Shown: positions 18,330 through 27,640 of the stretch, piece after piece
How positions within the stretch are numbered: position 1 is the stretch's first letter
How the letters are laid out: every line of letters begins with the position of its first letter
Assembly (NCBI GenBank): GCA_029856435.1
Contig: JAHQXB010000160.1
Coordinates: 1-27,640 of the forward strand
From: Candidatus Jordarchaeia archaeon
Lineage (GTDB): Archaea > Asgardarchaeota > Jordiarchaeia > Jordiarchaeales > Jordiarchaeaceae
Direction: 5' to 3'
Length of the DNA stretch: 27,640 bases
The notes under the pieces: model-generated
The model's database searches: none
What the model saw: the letters and a program-made list of their open reading frames with translations, nothing else
Told to the model about the DNA's origin: nothing
Made by a program: the position numbers and the translations under genes

Positions 18330-18866
18330 TTAGAATGTTGACTCTGAAGGTAACCATCTGCGGAGTTTGTGAAATACTCTGGCGATGATTTCGGCTCTTT
18401 CTTTTTGTCTTGTTATGTCTTCTCTTGACAATTCTCGGACTTGTTTTGCCGGCGCGCCTGAAACAGATAACCGGGGGGGTACGACCATGTTTTGTACCAG
18501 AATGGATCCTGGAGCAACGAAGGCTCCTTCCCCGATGGTTACGCCTTCATATATTATTACTCCATCACCTATCGTAACTGCGTCTCCACAGTAACAACCA
18601 TGCATCACCACATTGCTTCCAACACTGACAAAGTTTCCCAAGATGACTGGTGCGTCCTCTGAGTGGGCGTGAATAACGCATCCGTCTTGAATATTAGTGT
18701 AGGCACCAATTTGCACTTTTGAAAAGTCTCCCCTGATTACGCTACCCGGCCAAATGTTTGAGTATTCTCCTACTTCAACATCTCCTACCAAGGTGGCTTG
18801 TGGGCTCACATATGCATCTTTGTGTATCTTTGGTTTTTTTTCCTGAAACACAACTATCGGACTCAT
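18330..18866 (-). CDS. Gamma-class carbonic anhydrase family (hexapeptide-repeat) protein, one His ligand apparently lost
   Basis: GDVEVG..SNIWPGSVIRGD, TNIQDGCVIH, VSVGSNVVMHGC. Confidence 0.88.
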   Translation of the reverse strand: MSPIVVFQEKKPKIHKDAYVSPQATLVGDVEVGEYSNIWPGSVIRGDFSKVQIGAYTNIQDGCVIHAHSEDAPVILGNFVSVGSNVVMHGCYCGDAVTIGDGVIIYEGVTIGEGAFVAPGSILVQNMVVPPRLSVSGAPAKQVRELSREDITRQKERAEIIARVFHKLRRWLPSESTF

Positions 18867-18966
18867 CTTTTAATCCTCCACATTTTTCTGTTTCCAATCT
18901 ATTTATCAGATACTCATTTTTGAAAATAAGTCTACCCATTTATCTTTGAAAAAAGATTCCTTAATA

Positions 18967-20049
18967 TTACTTGTATTTATTGGGCGTTCTGTTCCAAATA
19001 AATTCATCTTCACAGTAGTCACGCCACTCATTTTTACAGTCACATTCAGCCTTTAGCAGTACTTCTGGGTTTTGATTTAATGTGAATTCAGCTAAAAGGT
19101 CTTTAATTCTTTTATCACATTTTCCACAGTTATGCGGGCCCTTTTCACTTCCTATCCCTACTAAACTGCAGATGAGTCTTTTGTTTTTAGTCAGATTCTT
19201 AGAGATAATTTTCAGGATTTCAATCACGCTCCAAAGCCATGGGGGCCTATACTTACCCTGATTCCAAAGGTATTCCACTAGAGTGCCTCTGTGAACTGTG
19301 CAGGGATTAAAGGATATAGAATTTACGCCGATTTTAAAAGAGTACTCAGCAGACCATATAGAATCTATTATGGCTTCTCTTTCCCTTAGAAATGGTGGCT
19401 TAATAAGTATGTATGATTTTACACCGACCCCGCTTTTGTTAGCTATTGAAACAGCTCTCTCAAATTCATTTAGATTGAAACCTTTGTTTATGTAATGATT
19501 CCTGATTTCATCGTTACTTGTTTCAAGGCCAATTCCTATCTCTAAATAGATGTCCCTTAGTATGTCGTGGCATTCGCTTAAAATTTCATAATTCACATAC
19601 TGCGGTCTTGTTTCCACAATTACTTCCTCAACCCGTTCATCTGACGCGATTTTTTTAAAAATAGCTTCCCTTACAGCTTTAGGGATCTCCAGCTCGTCCA
19701 AAAAACTACCAGAAGTGAAAATTTTAACTGCTAAGGAATCTTCAACTGAGCGACAAGCATCATAAGCTAAATCAAATTGTTTAATTAAAGATTCGGAATC
19801 AGGGACAGTAATAGGCGTGTCATATATGTACCCGCACATGGAGCAGCCTCCCTTATCTGATAAAGCCCAGCTGCAGCCCCTTGTAGCGAGAATAACCACT
19901 AGAGATGTTCCAACCTTATTTAACAACCTGTCCCTTTCCAACCAGAATTTTACAGGCCTTCTGATAAAGTCCCCTCTGTATCTGTTTAAACTTTTTTGAC
20001 GGATTTGAAATATCTTATTGGATAATTCAGAATCATTATATCCTAGCAT
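18967..20049 (-). CDS. Archaeosine biosynthesis radical SAM protein RaSEA
   Basis: TRGCSWALSDKGGCSMCGY extended radical SAM motif, IFTSGSFLD, ETRP, IGLET, YRPPWLWS and HNCGKCD; adjacent to arcS. Confidence 0.9.
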   Translation of the reverse strand: MLGYNDSELSNKIFQIRQKSLNRYRGDFIRRPVKFWLERDRLLNKVGTSLVVILATRGCSWALSDKGGCSMCGYIYDTPITVPDSESLIKQFDLAYDACRSVEDSLAVKIFTSGSFLDELEIPKAVREAIFKKIASDERVEEVIVETRPQYVNYEILSECHDILRDIYLEIGIGLETSNDEIRNHYINKGFNLNEFERAVSIANKSGVGVKSYILIKPPFLREREAIIDSIWSAEYSFKIGVNSISFNPCTVHRGTLVEYLWNQGKYRPPWLWSVIEILKIISKNLTKNKRLICSLVGIGSEKGPHNCGKCDKRIKDLLAEFTLNQNPEVLLKAECDCKNEWRDYCEDEFIWNRTPNKYK

Positions 20050-20052
20050 TTT

Positions 20053-22101
20053 TTAATCCTTCTTTTTCTCGGTGAGCTCAACGGCAACACCTTTTTTACA
20101 TTGTTTCATCTCTAACCCACTCATATTAGATATCCCCACAGCAATTAGTTCTTTTTCCACATTGTAGATCATTACAGAGTCTCCCGGTCTAATCTGTGGG
20201 TCTGCATCTTTAACGCCTGGGGCGAAAAGGTGTTTCCCCTCCAGAATATATCCATCAAATTCTATCCAATAGCCGTGACCAACTAACCTTTCGGCGCCTT
20301 TTAGAGTCATTCTAAGTAAACCAAATATTGGGGTAAATACAGTAATTAATCTTTGATCTACTAAAATTTTCACATTCCCCATTCTATCTCTCCTAAAATC
20401 TGCATCGTTAGGTATTAACTTTTCTGCGGCGCCTATCCCGAATTGGTAGTCAGCGATTTTTCTTAAATAGTCTATTGTCCCAATCTTTTTAGAGCCTGAC
20501 AAGTCAGCATACTCTTCTAGAGTTCTTTTTAAACTAGACAAGCTTTTTTCTCCAGCTATGTTGCCGCTCACCTCGGTGAATATAATATCTTTTCCAGAAA
20601 TCTCAGAAGCCTTTAAACAGGCTTTGCGGTACCCTCCATCTAAATGTGCTATTACCACCGTTTCTTTATCTAACTTTTCCAAATATTTTGAAAGAGAACT
20701 TGAAGCAATTTCTATTTCTTCGTAATTCCAATCGCCTGTCACGGGAATATCATAATGCGCAGCGGGATAAACTTGTTCTAGCTCTCTTGGAACAAGTCCA
20801 AGAGGGGACGAAAGTATAACCTCTTGTATCATTCCCTTACCAACACTTCTTATAACTTCCCTAAACCTTTTATGTGATTGTGAAAGTGAATAGGGCTTTT
20901 TTGCAGAACAAGGTAAAATGACTACCGTTTTGATACCTATGATGGGAGTATATCGTTCTGAAACCCTTATTCTAAATCGTTTAATTTCCGGCCTATTATA
21001 GGACTCCGACCCTATGCAACAAACCAATCCCTTTTTAGCAACTGGAGTATACTCCTCAAGAAAATTATAGTGAGTGTTATCCATAATTCGAAGAGAGGCC
21101 GCCATTGCCGGCGAGTAATGTGATGATAGCTCCACCCTCTCCCGCAGGAACCCCTCTCTTATATCTAACCTAATCTTTTTTAATACAGAAGTTGAAAAAA
21201 GAATGTTGTGTTGCAATAATTTATAAAATCGCTCGTTTGAATGCATCTCTCTTAATTCAGAAATAGTGTATGTCGAGCATATCTCACAGTTGCAAGGAAG
21301 CTCAACTAGATCCCAAACCTTTTTTGACCCAGCTTCTTGTAATAAATTATTTCTTCTTGCCTCCTGTATCATAAGTGTTGTATCGAAAATATCAACTCCG
21401 AAATAAACTAGATGAGAATAATATGCGGGATGAATTGGACCCGGAACATAAACTAAAGAGTTGGGCGAAATTTTTCCCCTGACCTTTATGATAAATTCAA
21501 CCAACTCACGGGGATTCCCTATAACATCGCATATATTCTTCAAAATATAAACGTCAAAACCTAGTTGAGAGAGATCATCTATGTGCTTTTCACACAGATC
21601 GAAATACCTTGAATAGAACATTGGAACCGCGAGATACCTTTTTTCAGCTCTTTCTTTGAAATAGACAGAATTCTTAAATAGATTATCGAAAAATTTTCTA
21701 GTATTTTCCCGTTCCAGTTCTAAAAAAAGGCCACATGGAACTGTTAAAATCTTTGGCTGTAATTTTAATTGATCTTCCAAACATTGATCTAAGTTGTCAT
21801 AAATGAGAGGATTGGCCGTGTTTGTCATAAAAACATTCGCATAACTGTTTTCTTTTAAAGAGTCAGGGAGAATATTAAAAATTAACATTTCTTCAGAAAC
21901 ATAATTTATATGAGGGTATTTAGCATGGATAATTGAGGGTGTTAGAATTTTTTTATCTATTAACTCTATTCTTCCAATTCTACCCGGGCCATCATGTTTG
22001 GCGACTTCAAAAATGGGCTTTTTATCTTCTTCCAAATTTAGCCACGCCTCGATAGTTAGTCTTGTAAAATATTGATTTTTAAAATCCAGCAGGGTTACCA
22101 A
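20053..22101 (-). CDS. arcS: Archaeosine synthase alpha subunit ArcS (TGT-like, ArcS core and PUA domains)
   Basis: HDGPGRIG, LPCSAKKPYSLSQSH, YDIPVTGDW and PUA segment LFAPGVKDADPQIRPGD. Confidence 0.92.
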   Translation of the reverse strand: MVTLLDFKNQYFTRLTIEAWLNLEEDKKPIFEVAKHDGPGRIGRIELIDKKILTPSIIHAKYPHINYVSEEMLIFNILPDSLKENSYANVFMTNTANPLIYDNLDQCLEDQLKLQPKILTVPCGLFLELERENTRKFFDNLFKNSVYFKERAEKRYLAVPMFYSRYFDLCEKHIDDLSQLGFDVYILKNICDVIGNPRELVEFIIKVRGKISPNSLVYVPGPIHPAYYSHLVYFGVDIFDTTLMIQEARRNNLLQEAGSKKVWDLVELPCNCEICSTYTISELREMHSNERFYKLLQHNILFSTSVLKKIRLDIREGFLRERVELSSHYSPAMAASLRIMDNTHYNFLEEYTPVAKKGLVCCIGSESYNRPEIKRFRIRVSERYTPIIGIKTVVILPCSAKKPYSLSQSHKRFREVIRSVGKGMIQEVILSSPLGLVPRELEQVYPAAHYDIPVTGDWNYEEIEIASSSLSKYLEKLDKETVVIAHLDGGYRKACLKASEISGKDIIFTEVSGNIAGEKSLSSLKRTLEEYADLSGSKKIGTIDYLRKIADYQFGIGAAEKLIPNDADFRRDRMGNVKILVDQRLITVFTPIFGLLRMTLKGAERLVGHGYWIEFDGYILEGKHLFAPGVKDADPQIRPGDSVMIYNVEKELIAVGISNMSGLEMKQCKKGVAVELTEKKKD

Positions 22102-22146
22102 TCAATATTGATTAATATTTTGCATTAGTAAGACTATTTACTATGT

Positions 22147-22842
22147 TCATTTTTGAAATTTCTCTAGAAACTTATTTACTGTATAATATGATTTGGATAG
22201 ATCCTGCATCAGAGTTAAAAAATCGGTTTTCTCGTATCTTGCCTGCATATTTTTAAGATTCACCCAGTCTAGTTTACTTTCTTTGAGAATAGAGGTGTAA
22301 ATCTGTTTAGCCAACCAGTAATAGTCCTGCCTACGCAACTTTCGACGCTCTTTCTCTTCTAAAGAAGATCTTACTAGGTTAAAGATCTTTTTTGCTCCTA
22401 TCCTATCTTCATTAATTAAAGAAGTTAGGACAAAGAGCAACACACTTAGAGAAGCGATTATTTTAGCAAGATTAAAATTTTTCCAGTCAAGGATGGCAAG
22501 TTCGTATCCGCGTACAAAACTGTCTCGCGCCTTGTTCGCATTATTTTTTGCTGAGAAGCAATCACCAACTTCTATAAAAAACCCGCTTGCTCTACCGTAA
22601 TCTTTCTCCCCTTCAAAAAATTCAGCACAGCGCAAAAAAAGTTTAGCCGCCTCCTCATAATCGCCCCTCTCTTTTAAGTTCACACCAGTTTGTATCAAGT
22701 TTCCAATAGAACCCAAAGCAGCTATGTAAAGATCACAAGCTTTTTTCTCATCTTCCAAAACGTATTTTGCTATCCTATATGCTTCAATAAAATCTTTTCT
22801 GGAAATTGCCTCATTGAACGGCCTTTTTTGCACTTCGAACAC
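22147..22842 (-). CDS. All-helical TPR-like protein resembling alpha-SNAP/Sec17
   Basis: Repeats such as GDYEEAAKLFLRCAEFFEGEKDYGRASGFFIEVGDCF; manual colinearity with the C-terminal half of alpha-SNAP. Confidence 0.6.
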   Translation of the reverse strand: MFEVQKRPFNEAISRKDFIEAYRIAKYVLEDEKKACDLYIAALGSIGNLIQTGVNLKERGDYEEAAKLFLRCAEFFEGEKDYGRASGFFIEVGDCFSAKNNANKARDSFVRGYELAILDWKNFNLAKIIASLSVLLFVLTSLINEDRIGAKKIFNLVRSSLEEKERRKLRRQDYYWLAKQIYTSILKESKLDWVNLKNMQARYEKTDFLTLMQDLSKSYYTVNKFLEKFQK

Positions 22843-23004
22843 CAGAAATTATTTCCAAAAACTTACATAAATATTATACCAGTAAATTTAAACGATAAAC
22901 ACTAAAATCTTGATTTCATAGTATGGTCATAGGAATTAACAATTTTTAAATTCCAATCGCATCCAAGACAGAGCCGGTATAGCTCTAAACAGTAGGTTGA
23001 TTTT

Positions 23005-24003
23005 ATGGGAGTGAGCATTACAAACTCAGGCGCCATTATTCTGGATAAAGTTACTTGCGACGGGCATGTTCCCGGCAGTAAGATAAGAGTTATAACTCAT
23101 GTACATTCAGATCACCTTCAGGGATTAGAAAAGAGTATTAGAGAATGTGATTTAATCTGCTCAACTCCTGCCACTAAGGATTTACTTGAAGTTATGGAGG
23201 GACTGTATCCATTACAAATGATTACCCCCCTCTATGGAACCCCCTTCAATTACGAGAAGAACACTATTACTCTATATCCTTCTGGGCATATTCTTGGGGC
23301 AGCACAAGTCTTAGTAGAAACAGAGAATGGGGAAAGGTACCTTTATAGTAGCGATTTTGTTTATGAGAAAATACAGGCATTAGAATGTGACGTTCTAGTT
23401 TTAGATGCCACATACGGTCACCCCTCTTGTATTCGACCTTCCCTCAGTACTATTAGACGTGAATTAATTAATATTGTTCGTGAAGAGTTAGAGAATAATA
23501 ACTCAATTATCATCTTGGGATTTTATGGAAAGCTCCAAGAAGTGATGAGTTTACTTCACAAGAAGAAAATTGAAGTACCCTTCATTAACCCACCGAAAGT
23601 TTACTTGATTTCAAAGATTTATGAAAAATACGGTATTCGTCTAGGCGAGTTCTACTCCTCAACTAGCGAATTAGGGAAGAGGATAACTAAATCGCAACAG
23701 CACATCGGGTTTTACCATCCATCATCAAGGCCTAAAATATCTGAGGATTCCGTTTTCGTACATCTAACAGGGTGGCAATTTGGAACACCATACAAAAAAG
23801 TTTCATCAAGAGAATATATTTTTTCATTCAGTGGACATGCAGATTTTAACCAACTAATTAAGTATGTGGATGAGTGTAAACCGAAATTAGTAATAACTGA
23901 CAACGCTCGTCCGGGTGAAGCATCCAGACTGGCGGAAGAAATTAAGGCGAGGTTGGGAATAGAAGCGAAACCTGAGCCGTTCAACAATAATACCAAAAAA
24001 TAA
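23005..24003 (+). CDS. Metallo-beta-lactamase/beta-CASP family nuclease (compact form)
   Basis: THVHSDH, SGHILGAAQV, YSSDF, LVLDATYG and FSGHADF. Confidence 0.88.
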   Translation: MGVSITNSGAIILDKVTCDGHVPGSKIRVITHVHSDHLQGLEKSIRECDLICSTPATKDLLEVMEGLYPLQMITPLYGTPFNYEKNTITLYPSGHILGAAQVLVETENGERYLYSSDFVYEKIQALECDVLVLDATYGHPSCIRPSLSTIRRELINIVREELENNNSIIILGFYGKLQEVMSLLHKKKIEVPFINPPKVYLISKIYEKYGIRLGEFYSSTSELGKRITKSQQHIGFYHPSSRPKISEDSVFVHLTGWQFGTPYKKVSSREYIFSFSGHADFNQLIKYVDECKPKLVITDNARPGEASRLAEEIKARLGIEAKPEPFNNNTKK

Positions 24004-24085
24004 GCCTTTTAAACACAGAAAAAGGGAAAAGTGGGTTTACTAAATTTTATGAAAGGTTTTTTAAAGTTGAAATAAGAGAAGGAAT

Positions 24086-26467
24086 CTAAATATTTAGATT
24101 ATACCTTCTGCGTTCTAGAAATTCTTGCTTTTTGGGATCATTCCAAGTTCCTTTCAGCCCCTGCAGGTATCCCGTTATTCTTGAAAGAATTTCGGCATTT
24201 GGGCTCCCACACTTCGGGCATTTAAAGTCTAAGAGTTCCTCTATGGAATTGAACTGGTTCTGTTTCCAATCCATTCGACCTTGACTGTGGCAACTGCTAC
24301 AAGTCCACATATCCACTGTGAAATCAAAATAGGCAGTAAGAGTGTTTCTGGCTATTTTTTGAATGAATTTCCATAAAGCTTCAGGATCCGGATAGGCATC
24401 GTCCAAGAAAATATGCTGAAGGAAACCTCCTCCAAGGAGTGGAGCAAACATCGCTTCCTTCTTTATTCTTTCAGATAACGGTATATCTGCGTCTACTGGC
24501 TGATGAACCGAGTTCGTTAGATAAACATTTGGATAACTACCTCTAAGAAACGGTCGAATTTCAGGATACCGCTCATACATTATTTTAGCAAGTCTACCAG
24601 CAGCCGACTCAGCAGGTGTCCTAGTTATCTGTATCGAGAGCCCAGTTTCCTCTGACCACTCATCAGCCAGTGCCTGCATTGTTTTTATAACCTTTAATGC
24701 AAATTTCAACCCCTCTTCATGCCAGAGGGGGTAACCGACCACTATTTCGGTCATTTCAGCGAAACCAATGGTTCCTATAAGAAGCTTCCGCTCTTCAGGA
24801 ATAATCATATCTTTTCCATTTGGACGCTTAACATTGTATAGTGGAGCTAGCCCAAGTTTTTTAATTCTTTTAATTATGCTATATCGGTTTAGAAGGCTTG
24901 GTATAGTCACATTATTTATTATTTGTGTAAAGTCCTCGAAAAATTTACTTTCATCCTGTTTAAAGGTTCTGGCAGCACTAGCAACAGGATTGGGAGTATC
25001 CATTTGAATCGCGCCGAACACTGCATTTCCTGTGAGGTACTCCTCCTTTTGTTCTGGAGTGTCTGCTGCCCAAGTATGGGAACAACAGGATACGCACCCG
25101 CCAACGATTTTTCTTCTCCAATTGAGGTAGTTTACAAAATATGGAAGACCATACTTAGCGGTTAACTTTGCAGCCCAGATATAGGCCTCCTCAAACTCAG
25201 GCTTCATCCATTCCTCGCGAAGTTCTATGTTAATCTTTGGGTAATTGAAAAGTTTACCGTGCCTATCGCCGTTATACATTGTTTTCATCAGAGTTATAAA
25301 GTATTTTTTAACTTCCTCGACAAAATCTCCATAAACATAGCGTTCACTAACTTTGCCGCCAGGCATGATTACTGGCTCATCCAAAAATTCCTTTTTTATG
25401 CCAGGACCAATATCAATGGAAGTGAAGGGCACTTGGCCGCCACGGGCAACATACTGCTGAGTAGCGATAAAAGGTGTGTGTTGGCAAGCTTGTTCCACTT
25501 CACGCTCATAAAAAACTCTCATAGTGTAAGCCACTATGGAATCTATTATCTCCCTGGGAATCTGGCTGAATTTTGTGTATAAATCTTCATTAAGATTTAA
25601 AGTAGCAGGGTTCATACTGGATACTAAGTTTTGTGCTGCCCTTGTGAGTTCTTCTTGTTTTAATTCTTTTAGGTACCAAGCAATTGCTTCCATCCAATTG
25701 TGAAACCCTTGACCTCCAGACATGTTACTTTGCCACGAGGCAAGCCATATCGCAGCATGATTTGTAAAAACTATTAGGTGCTTGGCAGGCCCAGCGCTCG
25801 AAGAGTGAGCGCCCTGTAGCCCATCTGGCTCTAATCCTAAAACCATAAATAGTCTGGGATCCCATGATGCGCAGTAATCTCTTATGCTGGTGTATTCCCT
25901 ATCTTTGTGATAGTTATCACCCATTAAATGAGCGTCGGCTATGTTGGTTGTGAATCTTAAGGTTTTCCCAGAGGGAACCTCAACTTCTAAATATCCGGGT
26001 AGTGTTAGGTAAGTGTGTTCGGACATAACTTTGTCATAAACTATTTTAGCAATAGTTTCGGGATTTATCTGTAAGTTTGCATTCCAAGTATGCTTGAGTG
26101 GATTAACAATCATCTCGTTTAGGTCATAAATCGGCACACCGATTCTGGTATACCGCCTTCTTTCCTCAACCATACCCATTTCTGCTAGTACTGAGCAGGC
26201 CATTTCGCGTATCATGGGACTTGAAAGCCATTGGATATTAGAGGATATGATTCGTTGTACGATTCTTTTTGCTACCTCAGCAGCCTTCTCTTTTTCGATT
26301 CCTGTTTCTTTAACAAGACTTTTAATTATTTTAGAAACATCAAAGTTCTCGATTGCTCCCCTCGAAGTCCTCACTGGGGGTAGTAAGGAGTGAATAAAGT
26401 CTTCATTGTTTTCGGGTACCAAAGGGAGCTCTTCTCTCTTTTTTGATGAATGACTAGAGTTAGACAT
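24086..26467 (-). CDS. nrdD: Class III (anaerobic) ribonucleoside-triphosphate reductase with N-terminal ATP cone
   Basis: ATP cone (VRTSRGAIENFDVSKI), TPAESAAGRLA, YLTNSVH, CSSC/CPKC Zn site and glycyl-radical SRITGYL; ATG at 26467. Confidence 0.95.
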   Translation of the reverse strand: MSNSSHSSKKREELPLVPENNEDFIHSLLPPVRTSRGAIENFDVSKIIKSLVKETGIEKEKAAEVAKRIVQRIISSNIQWLSSPMIREMACSVLAEMGMVEERRRYTRIGVPIYDLNEMIVNPLKHTWNANLQINPETIAKIVYDKVMSEHTYLTLPGYLEVEVPSGKTLRFTTNIADAHLMGDNYHKDREYTSIRDYCASWDPRLFMVLGLEPDGLQGAHSSSAGPAKHLIVFTNHAAIWLASWQSNMSGGQGFHNWMEAIAWYLKELKQEELTRAAQNLVSSMNPATLNLNEDLYTKFSQIPREIIDSIVAYTMRVFYEREVEQACQHTPFIATQQYVARGGQVPFTSIDIGPGIKKEFLDEPVIMPGGKVSERYVYGDFVEEVKKYFITLMKTMYNGDRHGKLFNYPKINIELREEWMKPEFEEAYIWAAKLTAKYGLPYFVNYLNWRRKIVGGCVSCCSHTWAADTPEQKEEYLTGNAVFGAIQMDTPNPVASAARTFKQDESKFFEDFTQIINNVTIPSLLNRYSIIKRIKKLGLAPLYNVKRPNGKDMIIPEERKLLIGTIGFAEMTEIVVGYPLWHEEGLKFALKVIKTMQALADEWSEETGLSIQITRTPAESAAGRLAKIMYERYPEIRPFLRGSYPNVYLTNSVHQPVDADIPLSERIKKEAMFAPLLGGGFLQHIFLDDAYPDPEALWKFIQKIARNTLTAYFDFTVDMWTCSSCHSQGRMDWKQNQFNSIEELLDFKCPKCGSPNAEILSRITGYLQGLKGTWNDPKKQEFLERRRYNLNI

Positions 26468-26472
26468 AGCAA

Positions 26473-26763
26473 TCACTCTTGGTTAAATATTCGCCTCTCT
26501 AATTCTTCATGATAGATGATTTCTCCCAACACTAATTCCCTAATTGACCCATCTTCGTTTACCAATACTACGGAAGGAGTTGATGAAATGTAAATTTGAT
26601 TTTGTAGTAAATCGAATTCTAAAGATTCTGGTACACTATTTGTGATATCTACCAATTCTACGGGTATGTTTAGCTTTTTGCCCACTTCTAAGGTAATCTT
26701 TTTCATTGTTGGACAGTTAGGGCAATTCATTTGTGTAAATACTAATAGCTTTTTTACACGCAT
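26473..26763 (-). CDS. Thioredoxin/glutaredoxin (NrdH-like) protein
   Basis: FTQMNCPNCP CXXC motif and cis-Pro-like STPSVVL; immediately upstream of nrdD. Confidence 0.88.
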   Translation of the reverse strand: MRVKKLLVFTQMNCPNCPTMKKITLEVGKKLNIPVELVDITNSVPESLEFDLLQNQIYISSTPSVVLVNEDGSIRELVLGEIIYHEELERRIFNQE

Positions 26764-27310
26764 TTTGTTTACGCCCTCTATATCTAATTTTGAACATTTA
26801 ATAAGGGGTAGCCTTAGATTTTTTATAAGAATCCAGCGAAGCTGTTGCCAATGTGCTCATTTGACCGTTGGAACCCGCAATTAATTGATTTTTTAGGGTC
26901 TAATTAATTTGGTCTCTCAATAATATTATTTTTAATTATTTAAAGTCCAAACTTTTGAAACGGGGAAGTTTAATTAAGGGTAGTGTTGTATTATTTTCAC
27001 TTATAATTACTAAAATTTTTTAGATAGTTTACTCCATTTTTTTTGAGCTATATAAAATTTTCGCGTGGCCGCAATATTTTCCATCTTAAGTAGACTTCGT
27101 GCAGTGTGCTTAATGGAGAAAAAAGCGCCAAAATTCATTCAGTATAAATAAGCTTAATAATTTAGAGTTCAGCTGAGTTTAATACGATTTTTCCGTTAAA
27201 AAAAGCGAGTAATACATGAGTAAATTAAAACGAAGCCCACTATCTCAGCCCTTTAGTTGCAATATTCCTTTTAAAAGGTAAGTGATTAGAGCAACAATAG
27301 GCACGGTTAA

Positions 27311-27417
27311 CTGAGTGTCACCTTTTGGGTGTATATTTGGGGCGCATCCTGCGTCCTCATATTGAAGCCCATTTTGAGTTTTTCTGCAGGGTAGAAACAC
27401 CGAAAAGGGCGCCTCAG
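27311..27417 (+). ncRNA. Candidate structured RNA or DNA stem-loop element (unidentified)
   Basis: Long imperfect outer stem 27311-27332 with 27397-27417, enclosing the hairpin GGGCGCA-TCC-TGCGTCC and a GCCC/GGGT stem; G-U pairs favour the + strand. Confidence 0.3.
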
Positions 27418-27497
27418 GGTTGTGACAAAAAGCCGAAAAACAAATGACACACAGCATGCGACACCAAATTAATTATGCCAATAATATACATAGTGCT

Positions 27498-27640
27498 TCA
27501 GTAAGCTTTTGTATCAGTTGTTTGGAACTGTTTTTGTGTGGCTTTCATCAAGCTTTCCGCGTTTCCTTTCAGTACGTTGTCTATGTGGTGGGTGAGTTTG
27601 TGGCGGATTTCTGAGGCGCTCCTGATGAGGGTGTTGCTTA
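27498..27640 (-). CDS. C-terminal fragment of an unidentified protein cut by the window edge
   Basis: Open minus-strand frame ...SNTLIRSASEIRHKLTHHIDNVLKGNAESLMKATQKQFQTTDTKAY ending at TGA 27498-27500. Confidence 0.55.
   Translation of the reverse strand, partial: SNTLIRSASEIRHKLTHHIDNVLKGNAESLMKATQKQFQTTDTKAY

Noticed and set aside
26798-26860. 20-codon uORF, or a cobalamin riboswitch, upstream of the redoxin-nrdD operon
   Set aside because: The ORF is too short to support; the riboswitch-like words are fragmentary and on the wrong strand.
27396-27635. Hammerhead ribozyme (CTGATGA at 27622 with GAAA at 27402)
   Set aside because: Stem I is absent and the stem II register does not fit the conserved core.

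Overview
Archaeal chromosomal core region with no complete mobile element or CRISPR array. The combination of PolD large subunit (DP2), eL38, ArcS plus RaSEA, a tandem Lrp/AsnC-like regulator and an alpha-SNAP-like protein suggests an Asgard-type (or Bathyarchaeia-like) lineage; this is inference. Core genes: EF-2, polC, rpl2-rpl3-rpl4 (unusual order, no rpl23), rpl38e, the archaeosine genes and class III ribonucleotide reductase with a thioredoxin-like partner. The most striking signals lie outside the ORF track. tRNA-Gly(CCC) has two non-canonical BHB introns (15/16 and 59/60), and tRNA-Val(CAC) has a variable-loop intron. A stand-alone box C/D guide RNA is predicted to direct Cm34 on tRNA-Leu(CAA). 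There is also a palindromic operator-like motif shared by two divergent promoters, a ~130 bp inverted repeat pair flanking the polC-rpl2/3/4 block, and a protein colinear with eukaryotic alpha-SNAP. All alignments and folds were done by eye.
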